From NCBI GenBank assembly GCA_947168325.1, contig CAMVLN010000001.1, positions 1-49,520 of the forward strand: a stretch of DNA of 49,520 nt. The letters are read 5' to 3'. The notes under the pieces are model-generated. The model saw only the letters and a program-made list of their open reading frames with translations, did no database searches and was not told where the DNA came from. This document shows positions 48,070 to 49,520 of the stretch, piece after piece. Position 1 is the first letter of the stretch. Each line of letters opens with the position of its first letter. This DNA is from an uncultured Elusimicrobia bacterium. Its GTDB lineage: Bacteria; Elusimicrobiota; Endomicrobiia; Endomicrobiales; Endomicrobiaceae. Made by a program: the position numbers and the translations under genes.

Positions 48070-49085
48070 TAAATTTCTCTACCCAAAGCTAATGCTATTT
48101 TCTTTAAATCTGTTATAAGTTTTTTATACTGTTCTGGTAACAAACTTTGTGCTCCATCAGATAAAGCTTCTTCTGGTCTAGGATGTATTTCTAAAGCTAT
48201 TGCATCTGCTCCTACAGCTAAACAAGCTTTTGCCATTGTAGGAACATGCTCTCTTATACCTATTCCGTGAGAAGGATCTAAAACTACTGGTAGATGTGTA
48301 AGTTTTTTCACCACAGGTATAGCATTTAAATCTAGTGTAAACCTTGTGGCTGTTTCAAATGTCCTTATACCTCTTTCACATAACATCACATTGTAGTTGC
48401 CTTGTGCTAAAATATATTCTGCAGACAACAACCATTCTTTTATTGTTGTAGCCATACCTCTTTTTAATAAAACAGGTTTTTTTTGTTTTCCACAGGCTTT
48501 TAGTAAATCATAATTTTGAATATTTCTTGCACCTATTTGAACAATATCACAATACTTACTAACTAAAGGAACTTGCTCTACAGCCATAGCTTCACTTATT
48601 GTAGGAATTTTATATTTTACTCCAACATCGTGCAAAAATTTTAACCCTTTTTCTCCAAGCCCTTGAAATGTATAAGGAGAAGACCTTGGTTTATATGCTC
48701 CACCTCTAAGAATTGTTCCACCACCATCTTTTACAATTTTTGCAATTTCATCTAACACCGACTTGCTTTCAATTGCACATGGACCTGCAATAATGGGAAC
48801 TTTTTTTCCACCAATTTCTATTCCATAAGGAAGTTTTATTATTGTATCATCATGCTTAAATTCTCTTGATGCAAGTTTATAAGGTTTTTCTATTTCACTT
48901 ATATGATCAACTTCATCCATAGATTCAAAAGATTCTCTATACTTTTCAGCAAATTCTCCAATCATACCTATAATTGTTATATCAACTCCTCTTGATATAT
49001 GTGGAATATATCCTAATTTTTTTATTTTTTCTATAACCTTATTTTCTTCTTGTTTTGTAGCTCTTCGTTTCAATGTAATAATCAT
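48069..49085 (-). CDS. aroF: 3-deoxy-7-phosphoheptulonate (DAHP) synthase, type I-beta with N-terminal ferredoxin-like regulatory domain
   Basis: IIAGPCAIES, RGGAYKPRSSPYTFQGLG, LLKRG, LDPSHG. About 70-aa N-terminal extension, as in the Thermotoga-type enzyme. SD AAGGGGGA. Confidence 0.9.
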   Translation of the reverse strand: MIITLKRRATKQEENKVIEKIKKLGYIPHISRGVDITIIGMIGEFAEKYRESFESMDEVDHISEIEKPYKLASREFKHDDTIIKLPYGIEIGGKKVPIIAGPCAIESKSVLDEIAKIVKDGGGTILRGGAYKPRSSPYTFQGLGEKGLKFLHDVGVKYKIPTISEAMAVEQVPLVSKYCDIVQIGARNIQNYDLLKACGKQKKPVLLKRGMATTIKEWLLSAEYILAQGNYNVMLCERGIRTFETATRFTLDLNAIPVVKKLTHLPVVLDPSHGIGIREHVPTMAKACLAVGADAIALEIHPRPEEALSDGAQSLLPEQYKKLITDLKKIALALGREI

Positions 49086-49216
49086 CTTATGTTTCCCCCT
49101 TAACCCTAACTAAAATACTTGCTATTATATAAAATATTTGGCAAGAAATATAGATGTATTTGTTTTTTTATGTTTTTAGTGTCAAAAAATTATACACAAT
49201 GGTAATATTACCTGAT

Positions 49217-49242
49217 AAAAAACAAACATCTTGTGAGATGTT
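49217..49242 (-). terminator. Probable terminator of a minus-strand gene lying beyond the right edge
   Basis: On the minus strand: aacatct-caca-agatgtt followed by tgtttttta. Confidence 0.45.
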
Positions 49243-49520
49243 ATCAAATATACACTATAAAAGTTCAAACATGAATTAGACACAAAGAAGTAAAAAACAA
49301 AAGAAAGTAGATAAGGATAAAAATAAATCAAAAGTAAAAAAAATAAGACACATACAATAGCAGATACCGTAGTTGATAAAGAAGAATATGGGTAAATAAA
49401 CAGATATTTTTATAATGTACTAAATAGGATAAGTAATTTTATTTTGGCTATTATTTTAAAGAACAAACAGTAATATTTAATATAATAATATAAAATAATA
49501 TTTTTTACGAAATGTTTACA

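Noticed and set aside
38496-48118. Long antisense ORFs within queA (38496-38897), the CoADR fusion (43171-43692, 44704-45222), aroA (45933-46499) and tyrA (47605-47826, 47762-48118)
   Set aside because: Each lies wholly inside a gene with strong motif support on the other strand. The products are hydrophobic low-complexity sequences, as expected from stop-poor antisense frames in AT-rich DNA.

Overview
Strongly AT-rich chromosomal segment. The gene content points to a strictly anaerobic, diderm, LPS-making bacterium (waaA plus a GT9 heptosyltransferase, SurA-like chaperones, an OprB-type porin with C-terminal Phe); the phylum cannot be assigned from sequence alone. Most of the window is core housekeeping, in this order. 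(1) The 3' 3.2 kb of a very large Lys/Glu-rich repeat protein that runs off the left edge. (2) nrdDG, preceded by tandem NrdR boxes, a consensus promoter and a cobalamin riboswitch. (3) An [FeFe]-hydrogenase-like protein. (4) A metal-homeostasis block: znuA-znuC with no permease, a CC-motif protein, a membrane-anchored phosphatase, a frameshifted Cys/His mini-ORF, and feoA-feoA-feoB-Cys-rich peptide-porin. (5) LPS core genes. (6) An oxygen/ROS-detoxification and Fe-S block: reverse rubrerythrin, rubrerythrin, desulfoferrodoxin, flavodiiron protein, NifU, NifS, and a 52-aa rubredoxin missing from the ORF track. (7) rpsO-pnp-accB, mtnN, glyQ, patatin, rlmN, htpX, ackA and tRNA-Ala(GGC). (8) A stand-alone PqqD-like protein ahead of prsA-like/surA-like/pdxA. 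(9) queA, spoIID-like, proS. (10) A four-domain CoA-disulfide-reductase/rhodanese/TusA/DsrE fusion. (11) An aroF-tyrA-aroA-plsC operon. I found no CRISPR array, intact mobile element, prophage or recognisable defence system. There are three small gene remnants (R-M enzyme tail, maltose O-acetyltransferase, a possible integrase arm). The best candidates for something new are the giant repeat protein with a possible single-Cys papain-like core, the permease-less Zn locus with its accessory genes and frameshifted Cys/His ORF, the orphan PqqD-like protein, and a recurring TTAACCCTAAC motif. All functional calls come from motif recognition by eye. No searches were run.
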